Source: Endozoicomonas sp. | GTDB taxonomy: Bacteria; Pseudomonadota; Gammaproteobacteria; Pseudomonadales; Endozoicomonadaceae | Direction: 5' to 3' | Assembly: GCA_965261315.1 (NCBI GenBank) | Contig: CBDHDM010000044.1 | Span: 22,495 to 86,494 of the forward strand | DNA length: 64,000 nucleotides | Shown here: one piece after another, positions 1 through 9,597 of the stretch | Position numbering within the stretch: position 1 is the first letter of the stretch | How the letters are laid out: every line of letters starts with the position of its first letter | Program-made: the position numbers and the translations under genes | The notes under the pieces: model-generated | Database searches by the model: none | The model's input: the letters and a program-made list of their open reading frames with translations, nothing else | What the model was told of the DNA's origin: nothing

Positions 1-1760
1 CGTTATCCTGCGTAAAAAAATGCCTGTATGGAATGATTTTATTATCCGCAGCGACTGGAGCCAGCAGTGCCCTGCTGGGTGTTATGCCTCTCGGGGTTGA
101 GGCAACACCCACTGATCGCGCCATTGGCATCACCCAGTTTCTACTGTCGTTTACTTTTGCCCAGGGTGTGTCCCATACCAACGCGATGTACAACTTGATC
201 AGAAAAGTAGATCGTCAGTTAACCCGATGTTTTCATGCCAGTACGGATGGCTGCGGGGAAGGCTTATCCATGCTATCCGGTATCCGGGAGTCGATCTCGA
301 AGATGAGCTGGAAAGATACCGTCTTATTTGCAACAGCTCTGGGTATTGCTTTTTATGCCCCGATGCAAAGCGCCTTGAATAGCCGTAATGGCGTCATCAA
401 TCTGATCACCGGGAGCAGTCAGGACCCATCACTGAAAAAAATCGGAGCAGCCGCAGGCAGTACCCTGATGGCTCTAAACTGGACGGCCGGAACCAGCCTT
501 GCCCTGATGATGGCATCCAGTCTGTTCGACGGCTATAAAAAAGATCTGGAGACACTGTGGCATGGCGCCAGTGCGGAACAGAGAAATATTACGAAGCAGA
601 TAGACATGATTCGCAAGCGGTTGATCAGTGACCATTTTTACGTTGACAACGCCCCTCTAACAAGAGAGCGGCTGGCTCCGCTGGCCGATCCGGAAATCTC
701 TGAAAGTTTTCTGTTTGCACTGGAGCTACTGAAATCTCAATCCCGGGAAGACGCTTCTGAACTTCCGCCTGAATTACAGAGCCTGCTCAAGAACCTGGGG
801 CTGGACACACCGGAAAAACAACAACAGGCCATCACTGACCTTGAAAAACGTCTGGGAGCAAAAGGTTCACGTCAGATTGATTCAAGGTCTCAACTTATCA
901 GCGTGCTCACGCAGGCACTTGAGTCTCCGATATTAGGTAAAACGGTGTTGGCAAAGCTTGGTGATGACTCGGTCAAATATTCAGACAGCACCGCAAGGAC
1001 ACAGGCAGTGTTCAGACTTTTGGTGCGAATAACCACTAACTGGCTGTCGTTAAATTGTCTCGCCCTCACGCTTGTCACTCCAGGCGTGGTCAACCATTAC
1101 AAAGCGTATATGGAGAATCCAGCGGCACCGGTTGATTGCCAAGCCCTGCAGGCGCTGCTTAATTCCACAGGCATCGAACCGTATGATGAGTTCTCGTTTG
1201 AACTTGGTCTGGGCGCTTATATGGCCAAGGGGTTTTCGTTAAGCAATTCAGCGGTTAAATCCCTGGAAATACTGATGATACCCATAAGCTTTATGCTGGC
1301 TGGATGTGATATGGACAATATGACCCGGGCAGTTAAAACAATGTTTCGGGGTTTTGATGGTATCTCCACTGCAGCCGGGCTGATCGGCGTATTCGTCTAC
1401 AACTGGATTTTAAGTTCAGCGGGTAATAAATATCAGGAGTATCTTGACTTGCTGGAGTGCGATATTGGTGTCCCGGATTCACCAATGGTTGAAGAATTTG
1501 ACAGCGTTGCCCAGTTCACCCAGCTATTAATGACTATTATCTTTGTGCATCTTTACATAACCAGCTTTAAAAGCTTGCTCAGAAAACTGCCTCTACCTCT
1601 TCGCCCGCGCTCATGCGACTGTCCTTCTGCTCCGGATGCGAAGACAGCCAGACACGACCAGCGAGTTACCAGTGACAGTGAAAGCCAAAAGCAAAAAGAT
1701 GAAGGGGAAGAGCTGATCCGTCAGGCCACAGTACACCCCATGATGGAAGCAGCACTTTAA
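1..1760 (+). CDS. Hypothetical multi-pass membrane protein, 5' end probably outside the window
   Basis: 575-aa ORF from ATG 33; the frame is open back to base 3. Several hydrophobic segments flank a soluble helical region. No family recognised. Confidence 0.6.
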   Translation, partial: LSCVKKCLYGMILLSAATGASSALLGVMPLGVEATPTDRAIGITQFLLSFTFAQGVSHTNAMYNLIRKVDRQLTRCFHASTDGCGEGLSMLSGIRESISKMSWKDTVLFATALGIAFYAPMQSALNSRNGVINLITGSSQDPSLKKIGAAAGSTLMALNWTAGTSLALMMASSLFDGYKKDLETLWHGASAEQRNITKQIDMIRKRLISDHFYVDNAPLTRERLAPLADPEISESFLFALELLKSQSREDASELPPELQSLLKNLGLDTPEKQQQAITDLEKRLGAKGSRQIDSRSQLISVLTQALESPILGKTVLAKLGDDSVKYSDSTARTQAVFRLLVRITTNWLSLNCLALTLVTPGVVNHYKAYMENPAAPVDCQALQALLNSTGIEPYDEFSFELGLGAYMAKGFSLSNSAVKSLEILMIPISFMLAGCDMDNMTRAVKTMFRGFDGISTAAGLIGVFVYNWILSSAGNKYQEYLDLLECDIGVPDSPMVEEFDSVAQFTQLLMTIIFVHLYITSFKSLLRKLPLPLRPRSCDCPSAPDAKTARHDQRVTSDSESQKQKDEGEELIRQATVHPMMEAAL

Positions 1761-1849
1761 AAGCAGTGTTTTAAAAGATAGTCGTTTTATTCACCACGGT
1801 ACCCAGAGCGTAATCATAGCAAGCTTCTTGTTGCTTCTACCCCGGAAGT

Positions 1850-1890
1850 TGATACTAAAAAAGTCGGCATAGCCGACTTTTTTAGTATCA
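1850..1890. terminator. Bidirectional intrinsic terminator
   Basis: Perfect inverted repeat TGATACTAAAAAAGTCGGC-ATA-GCCGACTTTTTTAGTATCA between convergent genes. Confidence 0.85.
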
Positions 1891-1893
1891 GGA

Positions 1894-2732
1894 TTATGCG
1901 TCATGCCCTCCCTTATTCTCACCCAGTCTCCAGATAGCGGTCACTGGGCCAGAGCAGGCATAAACCAGAAAGATCAGCAGTAGTGTTCGGGGCGGGTCCA
2001 TAAAGACCACAGCAAAAGCCAGAACAATCGCCAGCAGGAACACAAAGTGCACCCGTCCTCTCAGATCAATTTTCTTGAAACTGTGATAGCGAATATTACT
2101 CACCATAAGAACACCTGCTCCACCGGTAATCAGTGCTCCAAGTAGTGCCACAAAGGTAGAGTCACCGTTGAAGCCAAAGTCACTTAACGCCCATACCATA
2201 CCAATCACCAGGGCTGCTGCAGCGGGGGCTGGCAAGGCCCGGTAAAGTATCGGCTGTCTGTTACTTCAATCTGGGCGTTAAATCGGGCCAGACGCAGAGC
2301 CGCACAGGCCCGCATAAACGAACGCGACCATCCAGCCGAACTTGCCCAGATCATGTAGAGCCCAACTGAATGTTACCAGGGCAGGGGCAACACCAAAGGT
2401 GACCATATCCGCCAGGCTGTCATACTGCTCACCAAACTTTGCTCATGGTATTGGTCATTCTGGCTACACGACCATCCAGACCATCCAGAATCATGGCGAC
2501 AAATACTGCAATACAGGCCAGGGAAAAGTTACCCCGCCTGCGCAGCAATAATGGCGTAAAAACCGCAAAACAGGTTACCGGTGGTGAAAAGGTTGGGTAA
2601 CAGGTAGATCCCTTTGCGACGGATAGCCTGTCCTTCTTCAATCACCTCTTCTTCGTGCTCGTCTATAGGAAAAAAACCGTCAACGGCATCTTGATTACTC
2701 TCCGGCTTTTCCATTTTCTCAGTCATTGACAC
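1894..2732 (-). CDS. pssA: CDP-diacylglycerol--serine O-phosphatidyltransferase, frameshifted (probably sequencing error)
   Basis: RKGIYLLPNLFTT, LDGLDGRVARMTNT, FGEQYDSLADMVTFGVAPA, ALRLARFN and LMVSNIRYHSFK lie in different frames; about 4-5 single extra bases in homopolymer runs. Confidence 0.9.
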
Positions 2733-2857
2733 ATCTGCTCATCATTACAGAACCAGCGTGAGACTGTATCACGAATACTCATTTTTCGGGATACAGTCAG
2801 ATCAAACTTCGAGACTGTTAACGTTTCATTTGTGTGGCTCAGTACTGACGGGAACGC

Positions 2858-3781
2858 CTAAGTCAGAGACCACCCTTGCTGGCATCGCTTACGGAGTGAG
2901 GACCAGAACTGCTCAGCCCCTGCATGGAGTCGGACATCATTCCGGTAGAGTTTGATCTCAACAGAACCCCAATATTCCTGATGCTTTTCCGGATCGACGA
3001 AGTCCACCAGCTGCCCGCGGGCCAGCTCATCAACAATGGCATACCCCGGCAGCCAGGCAATGCCACTGCCATTCAATGCCATAACTTTCAACAGGTTAGT
3101 CAGCGAAGACTCCATAACCGGCTGAAACCGGGGAAGGTCATCAATAGCCCGGAGCAAACCATTAACCTGCCGCCCCATAAACGCTGCCGGGCTGTAACCC
3201 AGAATAGGGACAGGCTCTGCCTGGTCAGGCTTGAAGAGAGGCAAACCATCGGTATCTGGCGCACAAACAGGTCGAAGTTCGGTGTTACCCAGGGAAAGGC
3301 ACAGGAAAGGAGGCTGCATCAGGGCTTCAATATCGAAAGCCAGGAGAAAATCACATCGCCCTTCCTGAAGGGCCTCGACAGCAAGGTCAACATCAATACT
3401 CTCGACCCGACTTCTCAGAACATGGCCATCATTGCTCATGGTCTGTATCAGTTCTGGTAACAGCGTTACGGAAAGGGAGTGAGCTGCAGCAAAGTCCAGC
3501 GGCTGTGGTCCTACACCATTCTGACCTTTCAGCTGGTGCAGACCATCTTCCATCTGTCGAAGCAGATTTCTGGCAGTGGTATGAAACAGCCGCCCCTCCG
3601 GAGTCAGTGTCAGAGGTATAGTGGCTCGATCAATCAACTCAACACCGAGCGATTGCTCAAGGCTGCGTATACGACGACTGAATGCCGGTTGAGTGACATT
3701 CCGCAGCTGCGCAGCCCGGGAAAAGTTGCGCAGCTCCGCTAAAGCCAGAAAATCTTCCAGCCATTTGGTTTCCAGGTTCAT
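2858..3781 (-). CDS. LysR-family regulator (YjiE/HypT-like)
   Basis: LETKWLEDFLALAELRNFSRAAQLRNVTQPAFSRRIRSLE HTH followed by a substrate-binding domain; adjacent to iadA as yjiE is in E. coli. Confidence 0.9.
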   Translation of the reverse strand: MNLETKWLEDFLALAELRNFSRAAQLRNVTQPAFSRRIRSLEQSLGVELIDRATIPLTLTPEGRLFHTTARNLLRQMEDGLHQLKGQNGVGPQPLDFAAAHSLSVTLLPELIQTMSNDGHVLRSRVESIDVDLAVEALQEGRCDFLLAFDIEALMQPPFLCLSLGNTELRPVCAPDTDGLPLFKPDQAEPVPILGYSPAAFMGRQVNGLLRAIDDLPRFQPVMESSLTNLLKVMALNGSGIAWLPGYAIVDELARGQLVDFVDPEKHQEYWGSVEIKLYRNDVRLHAGAEQFWSSLRKRCQQGWSLT

Positions 3782-3789
3782 CCAGACTC

Positions 3790-4537
3790 AGAGCTATTCG
3801 ACTTTTTGCAATACCCACTGAGTCTGCCACATTCGTCGAAAGGAGGGAAAAGATATCGCTCAAGCCAAGATCGATATCCAGAAGCCTGGGTATCGCCTTG
3901 AGGTTAGAATCCACATTGGCCGCCGTAACACCAACCATCTCGCCCTTGGCATTAAACTTCGGCATACTGCCATTGCCGTCTGAGCCGATAGTTAACTGGC
4001 TGATAGATACACCCTTGGACAGCGCATAACGAATTCTTTCCGCAATATTATTGAGCCATGCACCACCAGAGGTTAAGTCGATATGCCCACCCCGTTTTGC
4101 CAGATCGACAGCTTCGGCAAAAATACTTTAGTTACGGTTAATATGGGTTGGTGAAAAATGCTGAATCGGCAGCCCCATGGTAATCAGGTGATTAATCTGG
4201 GCCATAGGGTCTGGAAGGTCGCCCATATGAATGTGAAGGCCCCCTTTCTTTCCGGAAACCATTCCCCCGATACGGATGTCAAATGCCATTTGAGCGAGCA
4301 CTTCCGTGGAAGGGAATGAGCAACGGTGGCTTGCCAGAGCAACCTTAACCCCCATGACCTTATCCACATAAACCATATCGTCCCAGATGGAACCGGTGAT
4401 GGTTCGGGTTGGCACCTCATAGAACCCGTGTGCATGAAGGCATTCAAACCTTCAAGTTCCAGTGCCTTCACCTTCGCGTACAGATCCTTTAGTGAACGGA
4501 TAATAATATCCGTTTCAAGAATGCCCAACAGAGGTTG
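3790..4537 (-). pseudogene. iadA: Isoaspartyl dipeptidase, central/C-terminal remnant
   Basis: GILETD..., PTRTITGSI, VKVALASHR, HIHMGD, PTHINRN, GGHIDLTS, GSDGNGSMPKF. Contains a frameshift and an in-frame TAA at 4128-4130; the C-terminal tail is missing. Confidence 0.85.
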
Positions 4538-4627
4538 AGCCTACTTTTTGACGCTCGGAGAAAAAGACTAATGGCAGATCAGGATACCTGGGTTGGGTAC
4601 TCAGAAGAAATACCGATCTTTAATTCA

Positions 4628-5914
4628 TCACTTCAAGTAAGCTAACAGATCTAGATCGCGAGGATCATCTTGATCCATTAAATCTTGTTGATTACCTTTT
4701 GGTATGGGCAGCTGCTCTATAGCCTTATCTTTAGAAGAGTCGGGATTAGCATTTCGAATACTGTTTAGAATCTTTATCTCACACAATCGCTTTAATCCTG
4801 TGGGTTCCGAGCAAGGAAAAGTATTGATTTGGTCCACGAATTGATCGAACTTTTCCCGATCTATTTGAGATTTTTTCGTCTTGCCTACATTGGCATCAGC
4901 CACTTTTAAAAGCCCTAACCTGCTTTCTTTGGTGCAAAATTCCGCCCCATGTTTCTTCAAAACATACGTTATTAAATTACCCTTAGCCCGCCTCGCTGCA
5001 TGTTCAAAGGGAGTTCCTGCTGGCTTATTTTTGCTTTTTTTATCAATCACTTTGTCGTCTGCACCATGAGCCATCAACAAGCAGGCTGTTTTACCACTGT
5101 AGAAAGGCATACCTTCAACAAATTTATCCAAACCCGAAATACAAACCTGATGCAATGGTGTTTCTCCATTCTTGTTGGCTGCGTTCACGTCAGCATCCTG
5201 TTTCAGCAACTTCTCGGCAGCATGAAACTGGCTGCGTTGGGCAGCGGCGTGCAGAGGCGTCTCGTTATGTTTGTCTCTGACATTTACATCAATGGTGCGC
5301 CTTTGCATGCCCGGGGGGTTACGTACCAGGATTTCGATCAAATCTGCAAAGTTATTCTCAGCAGCATAATGAAGGATGGTTCTTCCCTGAGAATCAACTC
5401 GGCGCATATCAGCAAAGTTATTGAGTAAGGCTTCCACGCCTTTCCTCCTTGCATTTCGACCCTCTTCGCTTTGATCAGGCCGACAGCTCTTACGCATTCT
5501 AGATAAATCAGCCCCGCAAATCAGATCTAAAGCGGAGAAATCATTGCCATCTGTGGTGTCAATATTGTCCAATTGGCCTGAAGCAATCATTGCCTCAATG
5601 GCATATCCATTCCCTGAAATTGCAGCATAATGGAGCGGAGTATAGTCGTGGAATTCACCTTTGGTCATTGGCCTGTTTAAGTCTGCACCTCGATCAAGAT
5701 AGTCTCGTATTTCATCCATAGTATGAATTTTACGCTCAACAAGTTGCTTACAAAAACGATTGTGTATTGCCCGCGAAAACCTAGGATTCATATGGCCTTG
5801 GAGCCCGATTTGCTGCTCTCCGGCAGCGGCCCCATTATTAGCTCCGAATGAAGGATTTCTTGCTGCTTGTAGCACTCCCGCCATATCTGCGGCCAAATTA
5901 GAGTAACAATTCAT
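4628..5914 (-). CDS. Ankyrin-repeat protein with C-terminal SOCS-box-like motif
   Basis: TPLHYAA, TILHYAA, TPLHAAA, TPLHQVC and TPFEHAA repeats; C-terminal PTGLKRLCEIKI...IEQLPIP; AGGAG RBS. Confidence 0.85.
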   Translation of the reverse strand: MNCYSNLAADMAGVLQAARNPSFGANNGAAAGEQQIGLQGHMNPRFSRAIHNRFCKQLVERKIHTMDEIRDYLDRGADLNRPMTKGEFHDYTPLHYAAISGNGYAIEAMIASGQLDNIDTTDGNDFSALDLICGADLSRMRKSCRPDQSEEGRNARRKGVEALLNNFADMRRVDSQGRTILHYAAENNFADLIEILVRNPPGMQRRTIDVNVRDKHNETPLHAAAQRSQFHAAEKLLKQDADVNAANKNGETPLHQVCISGLDKFVEGMPFYSGKTACLLMAHGADDKVIDKKSKNKPAGTPFEHAARRAKGNLITYVLKKHGAEFCTKESRLGLLKVADANVGKTKKSQIDREKFDQFVDQINTFPCSEPTGLKRLCEIKILNSIRNANPDSSKDKAIEQLPIPKGNQQDLMDQDDPRDLDLLAYLK

Positions 5915-5986
5915 TTTTTTCTCCTAATTTATTATTATCTATTAATTAACGTCCTTTCGTTATGAAAAAGTTAACTATCCGATTAG

Positions 5987-6013
5987 ATTGACCAATAATA
6001 TTGAAAAAAGTTC
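5987..6013 (-). promoter_or_regulatory. Putative sigmaE (RpoE/AlgU-type) promoter of the ankyrin gene
   Basis: GAACTT-N16-TCAAT on the minus strand, about 75 nt upstream of the ATG. Confidence 0.55.
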
Positions 6014-6060
6014 ACGCACTGATCAATGCTGTTGGTAACGTTCCTGACCTGAAAACTGGC

Positions 6061-6098
6061 AAAAAAAACCCGGAGACTCGTTAAAGTTCCGGGTTTTT
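6061..6098 (-). terminator. Intrinsic terminator following the rplI fragment
   Basis: AAAAACCCGGA...TCCGGGTTTTTTTT on the minus strand. Confidence 0.8.
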
Positions 6099-6119
6099 AC
6101 TATCCGTTAATTGAGCTGA

Positions 6120-6380
6120 TTATTCAGCTTCGATGAACACCTTGATAGTTGCAGCAATATCAGTATGCAGCTGAACGCCAACATCGTACTCACTAACAGC
6201 ACGGATTGAACCTTCAGGCAGACGGATTTCGCTCTTGGCAACAGCAACACCGGCAGAAGTGATGGCTTCAGCCAGATCACGAGCAGCGATGGAACCGAAC
6301 AGCTTACCTTCATCGCCAGCTTTGGCAACCAGAGTCAGTTCGATTTAAGTCATTTCAGCAGCACACTTCTCAGCTGCACT
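6120..6380 (-). pseudogene. rplI: 3' half of 50S ribosomal protein L9 gene (not in the ORF track)
   Basis: Manual translation: [97 protein letters not shown] is the L9 signature; internal TAA at 6345-6347. Confidence 0.92.
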
Positions 6381-6563
6381 ATGCTGGTCAATCAAGCCTG
6401 GCCCAACGATTGCCCCCTGCATATCAACAACGCGACAATCTCCGGGCAGTATCTGATCAACCTTATCTTCGATGGCAACGATTTTGCCAGCACACACCAG
6501 AATGTCTTTTTTCCCGAGATACTTCGGTGAATACAACTCGGCATTTTTCAGTAATAGAAACAT
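6381..6563 (-). pseudogene. iadA: Isoaspartyl dipeptidase, N-terminal fragment
   Basis: MFLLLKNAELYSPKYLGKKDILVCAGKIVAI...PGLIDQH, cut within the HxH metal motif and fused in frame to the rplI fragment. Confidence 0.85.
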
Positions 6564-6601
6564 GATTCCCCCAATCCACAAAAAAACCGATAAATAAGAA
6601 T

Positions 6602-7330
6602 TCAGGCCGCCTGCTTTTGATAATCGCCCTGGTAATTATTATCGTGACCGGAGTAATACCAATCGACACAGGCTCTCGCTAATAGCTCAGTAGCATCTAC
6701 ACACAGCTCAGGTCTTTGTTTTGCCAGATTAGCAAGGCCAATAGGAATTTCTGTGCAACCAAGAATGACGGCCTCCGCTCCCTGATCAATCAGAGCATTA
6801 AAGGCGGCTTCCATTCCCTGCGCTCCCTGCTCCAGGCGACCAGCCTTAATGTCATATATGGCGGTCATTACCTGTTGCTGGGCAAGGTCATCAGGTATCA
6901 GACAATGGCCACCCATTTTGCGAATACGTTTCTTATAAATACCAGCCGCTACCGTTGCATTGGTTGCCATCAGCCCAACCTGCCGGATGCCACGCAGGGC
7001 AAGCTCACTGCATACCGTATCCACAATACTGATCATCCGAATAGAGGCCTGCTCCTGCAGGGCATCAAACCAGTAATGGGCGGTATTGCAGGGAATGACT
7101 GCACACTGAGCCCCTGCATTTTCCAGCCTCTTCAACCCCTGGAGTAATGATGGGAAAGGGTCTTCTCCGCCCTGAAGAATGCAGGCGCTGCGATCAGGTA
7201 TCTGTGGCACATTGTGAACCAGCATCGGGATATGCTCCTGATCAGAGGTTGCCTGACTCAAGGCAATCACCTTCTGCATAAAATCCACTGTCGCCAGTGG
7301 TCCCATTCCCCCTAGGATCCCCAACATCAT
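6602..7330 (-). CDS. Aspartate/glutamate racemase family protein
   Basis: LGILGGMGPLAT, IPCNTAH, ILGCTEIP; likely start at ATG 7330 with GGAG RBS. Confidence 0.92.
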   Translation of the reverse strand: MMLGILGGMGPLATVDFMQKVIALSQATSDQEHIPMLVHNVPQIPDRSACILQGGEDPFPSLLQGLKRLENAGAQCAVIPCNTAHYWFDALQEQASIRMISIVDTVCSELALRGIRQVGLMATNATVAAGIYKKRIRKMGGHCLIPDDLAQQQVMTAIYDIKAGRLEQGAQGMEAAFNALIDQGAEAVILGCTEIPIGLANLAKQRPELCVDATELLARACVDWYYSGHDNNYQGDYQKQAA

Positions 7331-7606
7331 TCTGCTCCAAACCAGAATTACTAACAGGGACAGTGTTCTCCAGATAGAGGCAGGTTGTGAAATGCCGAAA
7401 GCGGTCGAATCATGCCGAAATGGCATAATAGAAAACAATGTACTTATTCCCGGGCATGAGCAAAGGGACTGCCTTCGCTATCCATTCCGGTTTATGATAC
7501 AAAAACGGTATACACCCATCTTCTATTAGCAAGAACCTGAAATACCCTTTATTCTGGATTTACCCGGTATGAGCGAATGGTATTTTCATAGGAAAGGTCA
7601 GCGACT

Positions 7607-7804
7607 ATGCGTTATTTTCTGGCAATCATTTTGCCTCCATTGGCCGTACTGTTTTGCGGCAAACCCTTTCAGGTTGTTTTGAATATTATTCTGACACTAC
7701 TTGGCTGGATTCCGGGAGTTATTCACGCCCTGTTTGTTGTTAACAGCCACCTGGCAGACAAGCGGAATAAAGAGCTGATCAATGCTATCGAGAATAAAGA
7801 ATAA
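7607..7804 (+). CDS. YqaE/Pmp3 family small membrane protein
   Basis: LAIILPPLAV...LNIILTLLGWIPGVIHALFVV. Confidence 0.9.
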   Translation: MRYFLAIILPPLAVLFCGKPFQVVLNIILTLLGWIPGVIHALFVVNSHLADKRNKELINAIENKE

Positions 7805-7806
7805 GT

Positions 7807-8380
7807 ATGAACATCAGAACTTTACTGCCTGACAGTCTCCTGTCACGTAACTTGAAAATTGCTGGCACACTGGTGATTTCACTCATGGTAGCAGGCTGCC
7901 AGAGCACCTACTACAGTGCCATGGAAAAGGCAGGTATCCATAAGCGCGACATCATGGTGGACCGCATTGAAGATACCCAGTCAGCACAGGAGCAGGCACA
8001 GGAGCAGTTTCAAAGCGCGCTTGAGCAGTTCCAGCGTGAAAAGTGTCTCCGAGGCTTTGTTCGATGAATGGGAAGACGAATTAAACTTGTATAAAAGTGA
8101 CAGCCTTCGCAGAGCCAGCGCCCAGAAACTGAAAGATACTCGACGCCAGTACCAACGTATGATGGTCAGCCTTGATAAGTCCGAACAACGCATGCAGCCG
8201 GTTCTGGATGCTTTTCAGGATCAGGTGCTTTATCTCAAGCATAATCTGAATGCCCGAGCTATCAGCGCGCTGAAAGGTGAATTCAATACCATCAAAGCAG
8301 ACATCGATCGCCTGATCAGTGATATGCAGGTGTCTATTGACCAGTCACGTCAGTTTATTAAGGCATTAAAGCAGCCTTAA
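7807..8380 (+). pseudogene. DUF2959-family lipoprotein with internal deletion and frameshift
   Basis: Lipobox VAGC, YYSAMEKAGIHKRDIMVDR, then after a frame change at about 8035 VSEALFDEWEDEL...VLYLKHNLNARAI; the central segment appears to be missing. Confidence 0.8.
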
Positions 8381-8391
8381 ACACTCCCCCC

Positions 8392-8420
8392 TATGCTGGA
8401 GGTCATCTTCCTCCAGCATA
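8392..8420. terminator. Stem-loop after the DUF2959 gene
   Basis: TATGCTGGAGG-TCATCTT-CCTCCAGCATA, no U-tract. Confidence 0.45.
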
Positions 8421-8466
8421 ACTCATCCCTCCCAGCCTGATTTGAGATTGCAGCTAGACTGAGTCC

Positions 8467-9594
8467 TTGCAATCCACTCGCGGGCTTAATGTGAATAGAC
8501 CCTCTCTATCCATCTTCAGGCAAAGAACCCTCATCTTATTAATGGGAGCCGTTGCAATCATTCCGATGCTTCCCATTACGCTTTATATGCCTATTCTGCC
8601 AAAGGTAGCGGGGGACTTTGGTTATGATACCGAGATTTTTCAGTTAACCCTTCCTCTGTTTATTATCTCCCAAGTGGTTGCCATGCCTGTTATAGCCATG
8701 CTATCGGATGCGGGTTATCGATTACAGGCATTTTCTGCCGCAACACTGATGACGGTTATACCCGCTCTGATTAAAGAGTGTTATGACAGTAACGCTGTTG
8801 CACGAATCCTTTCCTATGTAACGGCCATAGGTTTTGTTATCCCTATTGTGGGTCCTGAACTAAGTGCACTGGTCAGCCTGCAGTGGAGCTGGCACCTGGT
8901 CTTTCTTTTTATGCTGGTATACAGCATTGCTGTCTTCCTTATTTGTCGCTTCTCTATTGGCAGACCTCAACCCTCTGCCAGTAAACCAACCTTCGGTTTT
9001 CTGAAAACGGGCCTTTGCCACTGGAAAATCATGGTGCAGGATCGGGAGACTCTGGCTTTTCTGGTGTGCCATACAGGGATAGCCGTTGTCTGCCAGATCT
9101 ATATCAGCAATTCCGCATTCCTGTTTCTGGATTACTACCGTATTTCCGAGATTTCCTACAGCTACCTGATTAGCGCCCTATATATCAGCCGAACGGCAGT
9201 CACGATTTTAAATGGTCTTCTTTTAAAACATTTTGTCTATCAAAAGCTGATGGATCTGTCCCTGCCATTACTGATTATACTGGCCCTCATCATGGCAATT
9301 CTTGACTGGCTATTTGACGCTGCACTCGTCCCCAGTCTGATTCTGGTTGTTACTTTTTTTGCACTTTCAGGGCTGGTTGTCACCAACACACTGACAGGTG
9401 TACTGAAGAATAACGAATGCTGGAGTATGCAGGCATCCGCTTTGTTGTTTATCGTATTCTCAGGCACTGCAAGTATTCTGAATATTGTTCTGATCGTTCT
9501 GCATGACGGCACACCAAAAGTATTATCACTCGCTTCTATACTCATCCTGTCGCTCACTTATTTTCTCTATATGAGGACTAAATCAGGATCATGA
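8467..9594 (+). CDS. MFS transporter (Bcr/CflA-like), probably with an in-frame internal deletion
   Basis: LYMPILPKVAGDF; LSDAGY runs directly into RLQAF, so the usual motif-A/TM3 segment is absent; multiple TM helices. Confidence 0.7.
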   Translation: MQSTRGLNVNRPSLSIFRQRTLILLMGAVAIIPMLPITLYMPILPKVAGDFGYDTEIFQLTLPLFIISQVVAMPVIAMLSDAGYRLQAFSAATLMTVIPALIKECYDSNAVARILSYVTAIGFVIPIVGPELSALVSLQWSWHLVFLFMLVYSIAVFLICRFSIGRPQPSASKPTFGFLKTGLCHWKIMVQDRETLAFLVCHTGIAVVCQIYISNSAFLFLDYYRISEISYSYLISALYISRTAVTILNGLLLKHFVYQKLMDLSLPLLIILALIMAILDWLFDAALVPSLILVVTFFALSGLVVTNTLTGVLKNNECWSMQASALLFIVFSGTASILNIVLIVLHDGTPKVLSLASILILSLTYFLYMRTKSGS

Positions 9595-9597
9595 ACC

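Noticed and set aside
6107..6328. 73-aa ORF in the track
   Set aside because: Wrong frame; the real coding signal is the L9 C-terminus in another frame.
6345..6581. 78-aa ORF as a novel IadA-L9 fusion protein
   Set aside because: By-product of the insertion; it stops 12 codons into the L9 part and lacks the catalytic motifs.
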